Below are positions 1 to 7,103 of a DNA stretch of 15,086 nt, piece after piece. The position numbers were made by a program, and so were the translations under genes. The notes beneath the pieces were generated by a model. That model worked only from the letters and a program-made list of their open reading frames with translations. It was not told the DNA's origin and ran no database searches. The stretch spans positions 1 to 15,086 of the forward strand of contig JBAWVI010000011.1 of NCBI GenBank assembly GCA_037147375.1, given 5' to 3'. The DNA comes from an archaeon (lineage in GTDB: Archaea > Iainarchaeota > Iainarchaeia > Iainarchaeales > CSSED10-239). Within the stretch, counting starts at the first letter, position 1. Every line of letters starts with the position of its first letter.

Positions 1-48
1 TAAGATCCTGTGCTTAGTGCTTCGCAGGTTCGAATCCTGTTCCCTGCA
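1..48 (+). tRNA. 3' portion of a class II (long variable arm) tRNA, probably tRNA-Leu(UAA); the 5' part lies outside the window
   Basis: T-arm GCAGG(24-28)/TTCGAAT(29-35)/CCTGT(36-40). Acceptor 3' strand TCCCTGC(41-47) plus discriminator A48. 13-nt variable region at 11-23. The window opens on TAA-GA, which fits anticodon 34-36 plus G37 A38 followed by anticodon-stem strand TCCTG(6-10). A73 favours Leu over Ser. CCA is not encoded. Confidence 0.6.
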
Positions 49-80
49 TTTAAAACTTAAAAAAACAATTATTAAAAAAG

Positions 81-449
81 ATGGTTTATATGACAATGAA
101 AAAAGATTTAATGAATATTGAAAAAAAGGGAATCATTGATTTACTTTATGCTACAAGCAAGCAAAAGAAAAGAGATATTTATGTAAGAGTTGCAGAATTA
201 ATTAATGTACCTAGAAGAAGAGAAAATAAAGTTAATTTAAGTAAACTTGAAACATTAGATGTAGTTAAAGATGGAGCAATAGTTATTGTTCCTGGTAAAG
301 TTCTTGGTTCAGGAGTTTTACATAAAAAAATAACAATTTATGCAAACTCAGTTTCAGAATCAACAAAAGCAAAATATAAAGGAATTAAATCAATAAAGGA
401 TTTTTGTAAAGATTCTATTGATTATAAAAAAGCAATTATTATTAAGTAA
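81..449 (+). CDS. rpl18e: 50S ribosomal protein L18e (eL18)
   Basis: The translation has the L18e pattern (VAELINVPRRRENKVNLSKL ... IVIVPGKVLGSG). It holds the canonical position upstream of rpl13-rps9-rpoN. The exact start is uncertain because there are in-frame ATGs at 81, 90 and 96. Confidence 0.88.
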   Translation: MVYMTMKKDLMNIEKKGIIDLLYATSKQKKRDIYVRVAELINVPRRRENKVNLSKLETLDVVKDGAIVIVPGKVLGSGVLHKKITIYANSVSESTKAKYKGIKSIKDFCKDSIDYKKAIIIK

Positions 450-465
450 AATTTAGGTGTTATTT

Positions 466-879
466 ATGATTGTAATAAATGGTAAAAATAAAGTATTAGG
501 AAGACTTGGATCAGAAGTAGCTGAAACTCTTTTAAAATCAAGAGAAAAGGTTATTGTTGTTAATGCAAGCGATGTAATAATAAGTGGAGATCAAAAATCT
601 GTTCTTAAAAAATATCATGAAAGAACTGAAAAGATGCAACATGGAAATCCAGAAAACAATCCAAAGTATCCAAGATACCCACACATGATTGTTAAAAGAG
701 CAGTAAGAGGAATGCTTCCAAGAAGTCCAAAGGGAGTTGTTGCACTTAAAAGATTAATGGTTTTCTTAGATGTTCCAGAAGAGTATGCTAAGGAAGTACC
801 AAAAGAAGTAAAATTAAAAGATGTTGAGCACTTAACTTTAAAAGAAATTTCAAAATATCTTGGAGCTAAGCTTAGATAA
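466..879 (+). CDS. rpl13: 50S ribosomal protein L13 (uL13)
   Basis: ORF 457-879. AGGTG (455-459) sits 6 nt before ATG 466, so 466 is preferred over GTG 457. The sequence is archaeal L13-like (INGKNKVLGRLGSEVA ... MLPRSPKG) and the synteny is conserved. Confidence 0.92.
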   Translation: MIVINGKNKVLGRLGSEVAETLLKSREKVIVVNASDVIISGDQKSVLKKYHERTEKMQHGNPENNPKYPRYPHMIVKRAVRGMLPRSPKGVVALKRLMVFLDVPEEYAKEVPKEVKLKDVEHLTLKEISKYLGAKLR

Positions 880-912
880 AATTCAAATAAAAATATAAAA
901 AAATGATAAACT

Positions 913-1317
913 ATGGTAAAAAATTATACAGTTAAATCATCAAGAAAAACAGCAATGGCAAGAGCTACAATTAAACCAGGAGCTGGAAACATTAGAGTTA
1001 ATAACAAAGCACTAGATGTTTTTAGTCATGGTTATAATAAAGACTTAATACTTGAAGTTTCTCAAGTTGTTCCTGAAGAATTTAGTCGCTATGATTACTT
1101 TATCCAAGTATCTGGTGGAGGAACTCCTGCTCAAACACAAGCTGTTAGATCTTGTATAGCTAAAGGAATTTTACTTGCTAGTGGAAGTAAGAAAGCATTA
1201 AGAGATAAGATGATAGCTTACGATCGTTACATGGTTGTTGATGATGTAAGAAATAAAGAACCAAAGAAAGAACTTGGTCTTGGTGCTAGAAAGAAGAAGC
1301 AACACTCTAAGAGGTGA
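913..1317 (+). CDS. rps9: 30S ribosomal protein S9 (uS9)
   Basis: S9 signature with a basic C-terminus ending in SKR. The TGA stop is embedded in the GAGGTGA Shine-Dalgarno of the next gene. Confidence 0.94.
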   Translation: MVKNYTVKSSRKTAMARATIKPGAGNIRVNNKALDVFSHGYNKDLILEVSQVVPEEFSRYDYFIQVSGGGTPAQTQAVRSCIAKGILLASGSKKALRDKMIAYDRYMVVDDVRNKEPKKELGLGARKKKQHSKR

Positions 1318-1324
1318 AAGGTAT

Positions 1325-1516
1325 ATGATTGTTCCAGTTCGTTGTTTTTCATGCGGTCAGGTAGTTGCTGATAAGTATGATGAATACCTTAGATTAATTA
1401 AGGAAGAAAAAAAAACAGAAGCACAAGCTTTAGATCACCTTGGAGTTAAGAAATATTGTTGCAGAAGAATGTTTTTATCACATGTAGAAACAATCGATGA
1501 AATTATGCAATATTAA
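1325..1516 (+). CDS. rpoN: DNA-directed RNA polymerase subunit N (Rpo10)
   Basis: [21 protein letters not shown]...[10 protein letters not shown] is the Rpo10/RpoN zinc-binding fold. The true start is ATG 1325, preceded by GAGGTGA at 1311-1317. The track's 1274 start is an out-of-gene extension overlapping rps9. Confidence 0.93.
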   Translation: MIVPVRCFSCGQVVADKYDEYLRLIKEEKKTEAQALDHLGVKKYCCRRMFLSHVETIDEIMQY

Positions 1517-1547
1517 AAAATACAAAATTAAATAAATGTGAAAATAA

Positions 1548-2342
1548 ATGGAAAAAACAAATGAAACAAAGGAAACAGAAGTTCCTCAAGTAAACTCTGG
1601 AATGAAAACATTAGTAAATATAGATCTTTATTTAAAGAACGGAATTCACATAGGTACTAAATATAAGAATGGTGCTATGAGAAGATTTATTTTTAAATCT
1701 AGAAGTGATAAACTTAATGTTATGGATGTTCAAATAATTGATAAAAGAATAAAGGTTGCAATAGATTTTATTTCAAGATATAATCCAAGCGACATTATGT
1801 TTGTATCAAGAAAAAAGTACGCTTTATTTGGTTTAAAGTTACTTGAAAAAAACTTTGGATATAATGTTAAGCTTGATAGATTTATTCCAGGAACATTTAC
1901 AAATCCAGAATCAGAACATTTTACTGAACCAAGAATGGTTTTCATTGTTGATCCAAATATAGATAGACAAGCAATTGTTGAAGCTAAAAAAATTAGAGTT
2001 CCAATTGCAGCATTATCAACAACATCAAGTAATGTTAGAGATATTGATTTAATTATACCTTTCAATAATAAAGGAAGAAAATCAGTTGCATTATTTTTCT
2101 GGTTATTAAACAGAGAATTAATGATTTCAAATGGACTTATTAAATCTGAAGCAGAATATACTTATAAGATAGAAGATTTCGTATACACTCTTGCAGATGA
2201 TTCAAAGGACGATAAAGAAATGTCAAGAACTTCTTCAAGATTCGGTGCAGGTAGATTTGCAAGACCTGGTGGAGCTGGAGCTGGATTTGGTCCAAGACGC
2301 CAAGGAAGATTTGAAAGACTTGAAAGAGAGGTTGCAGATTAA
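1548..2342 (+). CDS. rps2: 30S ribosomal protein S2 (uS2) with an Arg/Gly-rich C-terminal extension
   Basis: The core matches archaeal uS2 (GIHIGT..., FIPGTFTNP, VDPNIDRQAIVEA, IPFNNKGRKS). The last ~35 aa (RFGAGRFARPGGAGAGFGPRRQGRFERLE) form an RG-type low-complexity tail. Confidence 0.93.
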   Translation: MEKTNETKETEVPQVNSGMKTLVNIDLYLKNGIHIGTKYKNGAMRRFIFKSRSDKLNVMDVQIIDKRIKVAIDFISRYNPSDIMFVSRKKYALFGLKLLEKNFGYNVKLDRFIPGTFTNPESEHFTEPRMVFIVDPNIDRQAIVEAKKIRVPIAALSTTSSNVRDIDLIIPFNNKGRKSVALFFWLLNRELMISNGLIKSEAEYTYKIEDFVYTLADDSKDDKEMSRTSSRFGAGRFARPGGAGAGFGPRRQGRFERLEREVAD

Positions 2343-2343
2343 A

Positions 2344-2371
2344 GTAAGAGTGTTAATCTCTTACAGTTAAC
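2344..2371 (+). terminator. Perfect 7-bp hairpin (GTAAGAG/CTCTTAC, 7-nt loop) followed by AGTTAAC, 2 nt after the rps2 stop; copy A of a repeated 28-nt motif
   Basis: Inverted repeat 2344-2350 / 2358-2364 read directly from the sequence. It is 21/28 identical, ungapped, to 11535-11562. No T-tract follows, so a terminator role is only a guess. Confidence 0.3.
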
Positions 2372-2443
2372 TATTTAAACTAGATGGTAGTACATATAAT
2401 ATAGCTTTTAGGTAATAATATAATAGTAATAGTGGGTGCAGAT

Positions 2444-3169
2444 ATGAAAGAAAATAATGTTGTTGGGTTATTGAAAGAACTTAATTTAACAGAATATGAA
2501 GCAAAAGCACTTGTTACTTTATTTAAATTTTCTGAGTGTGATGCTCCAACAATAAGTAGAAATTCAGAAATTCCTAAAACAAGAATATATGATGTTCTTG
2601 AAAAGCTTAAAGAAAGAGGACTTGTTCTTGAGGTTTATAAAAAACCTAAAACATATAAGGTAATTAATCCTGATGAGATATTTAGTAATTTACTTTTAGT
2701 TAAAAGTAAAGAATTTAAAGAACTTGCTGGAAAGGTTGATGAGCTAGTTGCAGGAAAACATTGGTCAGAGAAAGCAAATGGTCCAAATGAAAAAATATTA
2801 CAAGTAAATAATATTAAAGATTATAATAAATTTTTAGCTCAGGAATTCCAAACTGCACAAAAAGAAGTTCATGGGTTTACACACATGGATGAAAGAGTTG
2901 ATGCATTTAAGGGTTTAATGGCAAATAAGAATATTTCAGTTAAGTTTTTAACAAAACCAATGACAAGAGTTCATGATTTACCAAAGCACTTTAATGTTCA
3001 AGAAGTAAATCATAGTATGGATGCATTTGTTCTTGATAGAAAGAAAGTAATTATGGCATTAACTGATCTTACAAACCCAAGAAAATCATATCATTTAACA
3101 GTTCTTGAGAATAATCCAAGTCTTGCAGCAGCATTACTTTCACATTTTGATGATTATTGGAAGAAATAA
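2444..3169 (+). CDS. TrmB-family winged-helix transcriptional regulator
   Basis: The N-terminus (LNLTEYEAKALVTLFKFSECDAPTISRNSEIPKTRIYDVLEKLKERGLV) is the TrmB HTH pattern. The ORF opens at GTG 2432, but ATG 2444 is the more likely start. Confidence 0.78.
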   Translation: MKENNVVGLLKELNLTEYEAKALVTLFKFSECDAPTISRNSEIPKTRIYDVLEKLKERGLVLEVYKKPKTYKVINPDEIFSNLLLVKSKEFKELAGKVDELVAGKHWSEKANGPNEKILQVNNIKDYNKFLAQEFQTAQKEVHGFTHMDERVDAFKGLMANKNISVKFLTKPMTRVHDLPKHFNVQEVNHSMDAFVLDRKKVIMALTDLTNPRKSYHLTVLENNPSLAAALLSHFDDYWKK

Positions 3170-3250
3170 AATCAATTTATTCTTTCATTAATCTTGTTTC
3201 TATTTTTAAATATTTTCTCTTTTCATCTATCTATTTATATACTTTTCCCT

Positions 3251-3267
3251 ATATATTATATATATAG
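3251..3267 (+). promoter_or_regulatory. TATA-like box candidate for the rpl7ae-rps28e-rpl24e operon
   Basis: ATATATTATATATATAG lies about 60-75 nt upstream of ATG 3325. A start site ~25 nt downstream would give a ~40-nt leader containing the K-turn-like element. This is weak evidence because the genome is AT-rich. Confidence 0.3.
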
Positions 3268-3292
3268 TTAAAACTACTTTTTAACAAAAAAA

Positions 3293-3315
3293 ACCGATGA
3301 CAAAACCATGGAGGT
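3293..3315 (+). promoter_or_regulatory. K-turn-like RNA element in the rpl7ae 5' leader, overlapping its Shine-Dalgarno (putative L7Ae autoregulatory site)
   Basis: 5'-ACC GAU GA CA-AAACCA-UG GA GGU-3'. C-stem 3293-3295/3313-3315, 3-nt bulge 3296-3298. Tandem sheared G.A/A.G candidates G3299.A3312 and A3300.G3311. Short NC stem C3301-G3310 and A3302-U3309. GGAGGT (3310-3315) is the SD for ATG 3325. Confidence 0.4.
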
Positions 3316-3324
3316 AGAAGTATT

Positions 3325-3888
3325 ATGTCAGATTACATAAAGTTTTCTGTATCAGACGATTTAAGAACTCTCCAAGATGAGACTCTTAAAAAAATAGCAA
3401 AATCAGGAAAGATAAAGATAGGTATAAATGAAGTTACTAAGGCAATAGAAAGAAACACAGCTAAGTTAGTTGTTATTGCTGAAGATGTTACACCTGTTGA
3501 AATCGTAATGCACATCCCTGTAATTGCAAAAGAAAAGAACATTCCTTACACATATGTTAAGACTAAGGATGAACTTGGAAAAGCAGTTGGTATCTCAGCT
3601 AAAGCAAGTTGTATAGCTGTTATGGATGCTGGAGTTAATTCAAAGGAACTACAATCACTTGTAGGTAAGATCCAAGAAATAACAGGTCACAAGGAAGCAC
3701 CAAAGGCTGAACATAAAGCATCTACAGAACATAAAGCACCTGTAGAGCACAAGGCTGCTGAACATAAGGAAGCACCAAAGGCTGAACATAAGGAAGCACC
3801 AAAAGCAGAACACAAACCAAAACCAAAGGTTGAAGAACCAAAAGCTGAAGAAGCAAAAGCTGAAGAAGCAAAAGAAGACAAGGAATAA
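3325..3888 (+). CDS. rpl7ae: 50S ribosomal protein L7Ae (eL8 family, K-turn binding) with a ~65-aa His/Lys/Ala/Pro/Glu repeat tail
   Basis: The N-terminal ~120 aa are canonical L7Ae (GINEVTKAIERNTAKLVVIAEDV.P.EIVMHIP...KNIPY.YV.TK.ELG.A.G). Synteny with rps28e and rpl24e is conserved. The tail is HKEAPKAEHK-type repeats. Confidence 0.93.
   Translation: MSDYIKFSVSDDLRTLQDETLKKIAKSGKIKIGINEVTKAIERNTAKLVVIAEDVTPVEIVMHIPVIAKEKNIPYTYVKTKDELGKAVGISAKASCIAVMDAGVNSKELQSLVGKIQEITGHKEAPKAEHKASTEHKAPVEHKAAEHKEAPKAEHKEAPKAEHKPKPKVEEPKAEEAKAEEAKEDKE
3688..3872 (+). repeat. In-frame imperfect tandem repeats encoding the L7Ae tail
   Basis: The 24-nt unit GAACATAAGGAAGCACCAAAGGCT at 3760-3783 repeats at 3784-3807 with 2 changes. 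Degenerate copies lie at 3688-3759 and 3808-3831. GCTGAAGAAGCAAAA occurs twice, at 3843-3872. Confidence 0.85.
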
Positions 3889-3902
3889 AGGAGTAGATCT
3901 AT

Positions 3903-4112
3903 ATGGCTGAAGAAGGTATACCTGCTGAAATCGTTGAAATCGTAGGTAGAACAGGTTCACGTGGAGAAGCTACACAAGTTCTTTGTAAGGTTCTTGATGG
4001 TTATGAAAAAGGCCGTATTAAAAAAAGAAATGTACGTGGAACAGTAAGTAAAGGAGATGTCCTTATCTTAATGAACCCAGAAACAGAAGCAAAGGATATA
4101 AGAATCCACTAA
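3903..4112 (+). CDS. rps28e: 30S ribosomal protein S28e
   Basis: PAEIVEIVGRTGSRGEATQVLCKVL...RNVRGTVSKGDVLILMNPETEA matches the S28e family. AGGAG lies upstream. Confidence 0.95.
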   Translation: MAEEGIPAEIVEIVGRTGSRGEATQVLCKVLDGYEKGRIKKRNVRGTVSKGDVLILMNPETEAKDIRIH

Positions 4113-4127
4113 AAGGGGAAATGAAAT

Positions 4128-4334
4128 ATGAAATGTACATTTTGCGGAAAAGAAATTCCTAAGGGAACAGGAATTGTGTATGCAAAGAAAGAAGGAACTG
4201 TAAGTAACTTTTGTTCATCAAAGTGTAAGAAGAACACACTTGATAGAAAATACAAGTCTCACAAAACAAGATGGACTGAAACATACCATATTGAAAAGAA
4301 AAGACAAGGTAGAGGACAAAAGAAAAAGGAATAA
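4128..4334 (+). CDS. rpl24e: 50S ribosomal protein L24e
   Basis: MKCTFCGKEIPKGTGIVYAKKEGTVSNFCSSKCKKN is the L24e zinc-ribbon N-terminus. The position after rps28e is conserved. Confidence 0.95.
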   Translation: MKCTFCGKEIPKGTGIVYAKKEGTVSNFCSSKCKKNTLDRKYKSHKTRWTETYHIEKKRQGRGQKKKE

Positions 4335-4371
4335 ATACAGTAATTCCTATTTTTCTTTTTTAATTTTTTTT
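4327..4371 (+). terminator. Hairpin plus oligo-T terminator candidate after rpl24e
   Basis: AGGAAT(4327-4332)/ATTCCT(4343-4348) is an inverted repeat spanning the stop codon. It is followed by TTTTTCTTTTTTAATTTTTTTT. Confidence 0.45.
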
Positions 4372-4419
4372 CTTGTAATTAGAAATTAATTTTTATAATT
4401 AAAAACCTGGTGAAAACTA

Positions 4420-6198
4420 TTGTATAGACAACCAATTATTACAATCATGGGTCACATCGACTCTGGAAAAACAACTTTTCTAGATAAGATTAAAGGAACA
4501 TGTATTACAGATAAGGAACCTGGAAAAATAACACAACACATTGGTGCTACAGAGATTACATATGATACAATCATACATAGTTGTGGTCACCTATTAACAA
4601 AATTTAAATTTGAAGTAACAATACCAGGACTATTGTTTATTGATACACCAGGACATAATGCATTTGATAACCTCCGTGAAAGAGGAGGAAGTCTTGCAGA
4701 TCTTGTTGTTCTTGTTGTTGATATTACAAAAGGACTTCAAGCACAAGACATAGAAACATTAAATATATTAAAAATGTATAAAGTACCATTTATTGTTGTT
4801 GCAAATAAAGTTGATCTTTTGCAAGGATGGTATCAAGAAGGTTTAGATATTTCAAGTGTTCTTGAAAAACAATCAAAATCAGTTTCAGAAAGGCTTGATG
4901 AACAAATATACAAAATAGTTGGACAATTATATAATCATGGTTTTGCTGCAGAAAGATTTGATAGAGTAACAGATTTTAAAAAACAAGTTACAATCATTCC
5001 AATATCTGCAGAAAAATGTTATGGACTTTCAGAATCAATTCTTTTCCTTGCAACTTTATCACAAAAGTTTTTAGGAAATAAATTAGAGCTTGATGAAAAA
5101 GATTTTGCACAAGGAACAATCCTTGAGTCTGGAGAGATTAAAGGTGTTGGATCAACAGCTGATATCATAGTTTATCAAGGAATATTAAGAGTAAAAGATA
5201 AAATTGCATTTATCTCAAAATCAGGAGTTATTGAAACTAAAATAAAAGCTTTATTAAAATTAGATGTAATGTCTGCTGTTAATAAGAAAAGAGATTATAA
5301 AAATGTAGATTTTGTTTCAGCTGCATCTGGTGTTAAAATAGTTGCACCTGATCTTGACATGTGTATTCCTGGATCAGTAATAATTTCCTGTGATGACAAG
5401 GAAGCAATTGAAACATTAAGAACAAAACCATTATCTTGTGTAATCACAAACGGAGAAGCAGAAGGAGCATTTGTTAAAACTGATACTCTTGGTTCTTTAG
5501 AAGCATTAATTAAATTAATGGGAAAAAGTTTCATTTGTATTGCAAGATCAGATATTGGAGATGTTACAAACAAAGATGTAATGGAATTAAAAATAATTAA
5601 TGAAAGAGATCCAAAAAAAGGTGTTTTATTTTTATTTAATTCAAATATTTCAAAGGAACTTGAAGAAGAAGTAATTAAGAGCAATATCCCTATATTTAAA
5701 AACAATATTATATATAAATTAATAGAAGACTACGAGGCTTGGCTTATTAAAATAAATAAGCAAGAGAAAGATAAACTATTAAAAGAAGTAGTATATCCTT
5801 GTAAAATAAAAGTTGTAAAAAACTGTATATTTAGAGTAAGTAAACCCGCAATCTTTGGAGTTAAGGTTCTTATTGGAAAATTGGTTCCAGGAGTAACCTT
5901 GCTTGATAAAGATGGAAAAGAATTTGGTGTTATTGAAGGAATCCAAACAGAAGGAAATAAGCTTAGTTCTTTAGAGTATGATAAGGAAGCTGCAATTTCA
6001 GTTAAGGGAGTAACATACCTTAAGGATTTTACAGAAGACTCTGTGTTTACAGTTGATATTACTCTTGAAGATATTAAGAAGCTTGAAGAGATTGGATGTC
6101 AGTTTACTGGAGAAGAAGAAAAGTTAATAATAGAAGCACAAAAAAGAAGATACAAAACAATGGAAGATAAGCAAAATAAAAAACTAAGTCAAAAATAA
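4420..6198 (+). CDS. infB: Translation initiation factor aIF5B (IF-2 homolog), TTG start
   Basis: GTPase motifs are present: G1 GHIDSGKTT, G3 DTPGH, G4 NKVD. The length (~590 aa) and domain order are typical of aIF5B, with no intein. TTG 4420 lies 6 nt after GGTGA (4409-4413). The first in-frame ATG (4447) would delete the strand preceding the P-loop. Confidence 0.92.
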   Translation: MYRQPIITIMGHIDSGKTTFLDKIKGTCITDKEPGKITQHIGATEITYDTIIHSCGHLLTKFKFEVTIPGLLFIDTPGHNAFDNLRERGGSLADLVVLVVDITKGLQAQDIETLNILKMYKVPFIVVANKVDLLQGWYQEGLDISSVLEKQSKSVSERLDEQIYKIVGQLYNHGFAAERFDRVTDFKKQVTIIPISAEKCYGLSESILFLATLSQKFLGNKLELDEKDFAQGTILESGEIKGVGSTADIIVYQGILRVKDKIAFISKSGVIETKIKALLKLDVMSAVNKKRDYKNVDFVSAASGVKIVAPDLDMCIPGSVIISCDDKEAIETLRTKPLSCVITNGEAEGAFVKTDTLGSLEALIKLMGKSFICIARSDIGDVTNKDVMELKIINERDPKKGVLFLFNSNISKELEEEVIKSNIPIFKNNIIYKLIEDYEAWLIKINKQEKDKLLKEVVYPCKIKVVKNCIFRVSKPAIFGVKVLIGKLVPGVTLLDKDGKEFGVIEGIQTEGNKLSSLEYDKEAAISVKGVTYLKDFTEDSVFTVDITLEDIKKLEEIGCQFTGEEEKLIIEAQKRRYKTMEDKQNKKLSQK

Positions 6199-6310
6199 AA
6201 TAGTTACAATAAATATTGGACAGTAAATAAATAATATTAATCAAAAAAATAAAATAAAAATTAAAAATACAAAAAAATAAAATTTAAAATAATAAGAGGT
6301 GTATTATAAT

Positions 6311-6730
6311 ATGAAGTTAAACATATCTGATTCAAAATCAGCACAATCATATTCTGTTGAGGCAGATGAAAAAACAATGCTTACTCTTCTTGGTAAGAAG
6401 ATAAAAGATGAAGTTGATTTATCTTTTATTGAAGCAGGACTTAAGGGAATAATCACAGGCGGATCAAACAAGCAAGGATTTCCTATGATTGCAACACTTG
6501 ACCAAACAGGAAGTAAGAGAGTATTATTAACTAAGGGAATTGGATTTAGACCCACAAGAAAGGGAGAAAGAAGAAAGAAGAGAATAATTGGAAGAATTAT
6601 TGATAATACAATCCAACAAGTAAACCTAAAGATAATTGCAGGAACAACAAAGACCTTAGAAGAAAAACATAAGAAGAAAGAAGAAGTAAAAGAAGATAAT
6701 ATCCCAAAACCAATGGGAAAAAAGAAATAA
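6311..6730 (+). CDS. rps6e: 30S ribosomal protein S6e
   Basis: MKLNISD...GFPM...RVLLTKGIGFRP..KGERRKK is the S6e pattern. GAGGTG (6296-6301) precedes ATG 6311, so the track's GTG 6299 start is unlikely. Confidence 0.92.
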   Translation: MKLNISDSKSAQSYSVEADEKTMLTLLGKKIKDEVDLSFIEAGLKGIITGGSNKQGFPMIATLDQTGSKRVLLTKGIGFRPTRKGERRKKRIIGRIIDNTIQQVNLKIIAGTTKTLEEKHKKKEEVKEDNIPKPMGKKK

Positions 6731-6748
6731 ATTAATTGATGGATATAT

Positions 6749-6913
6749 ATGAGTGATTCAAAAAACACAGAAAAGAAAGAAAACACAAGTTCAAGACACA
6801 TTAAAGATAATAAAGATAAATCTTTAAAACTTGAAAAAAAGAATCAAGAAAAATTTAGTCAAGGGTCCAGAAATCCTCTTGGAACTAATCTTAGAAAAAA
6901 AGTATTTAGATAA
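6749..6913 (+). CDS. Hypothetical small basic protein (54 aa), unannotated ORF in the rps6e-aIF2gamma spacer
   Basis: ATG 6749 to TAA 6911-6913 gives MSDSKNTEKKENTSSRHIKDNKDKSLKLEKKNQEKFSQGSRNPLGTNLRKKVFR. The purine-rich sense-strand composition resembles neighbouring genes. There is no clear SD and no recognisable family. Confidence 0.2.
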   Translation: MSDSKNTEKKENTSSRHIKDNKDKSLKLEKKNQEKFSQGSRNPLGTNLRKKVFR

Positions 6914-6929
6914 ATGGATTTGATGTTTT

Positions 6930-7085
6930 ATGCCAATACCACCAAAAAGATTACCACGAAAAAGAATACAAAAACAAAGTATGTTTGGTGAACATGAATT
7001 AACTGCATCCTCAAATACTAACAGAAATAAGATAATTCAAAAAAGATATGCAGCAGGTAAAATCACTATTAAAAAAATAAGATAA
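6930..7085 (+). CDS. Hypothetical small basic protein (51 aa), unannotated ORF immediately upstream of aIF2gamma
   Basis: ATG 6930 to TAA 7083-7085 gives MPIPPKRLPRKRIQKQSMFGEHELTASSNTNRNKIIQKRYAAGKITIKKIR. There is no clear SD and no family recognised. A competing short ORF starts at 6914 in another frame. Confidence 0.2.
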   Translation: MPIPPKRLPRKRIQKQSMFGEHELTASSNTNRNKIIQKRYAAGKITIKKIR

Positions 7086-7103
7086 AGAATGTGACTTAAA
7101 GAA

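Noticed and set aside
1274-1324. The long N-terminal extension of the rpoN ORF overlapping rps9 (track start 1274).
   Set aside because: The extension has no similarity to Rpo10. The conserved protein begins at [11 protein letters not shown] (ATG 1325), with a strong GAGGTGA just upstream.
1730-2065. Minus-strand ORF of 111 aa inside rps2. The other antisense ORFs are of the same kind: 3333-3542, 3655-3960, 3687-3881, 5295-5705, 6304-6801 and 9882-10097.
   Set aside because: All lie entirely antisense to confidently identified, conserved + strand genes. Their translations are Phe/Ser/Leu/Ile-rich shadows of Lys/Glu-rich sense codons. None has a ribosome-binding site or family resemblance.
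3294-3300. CGATGA in the rpl7ae leader as box C of a C/D box sRNA.
   Set aside because: No CTGA box D or C'/D' boxes lie within a plausible distance. The GA dinucleotides are better explained as a simple hairpin K-turn.
3688-3872. The tandem DNA repeats as a CRISPR array or non-coding minisatellite.
   Set aside because: The units are contiguous with no spacers, in frame with rpl7ae, and translate to a coherent HKEAPKAE repeat. They are therefore a coding repeat.
6914-6991. Short ORF MDLMFYANTTKKITTKKNTKTKYVW, starting right after the TAA of the 54-aa ORF in the same frame, as possible readthrough extension.
   Set aside because: It is very short and low-complexity. It competes with the longer 6930-7085 ORF, and nothing supports readthrough.
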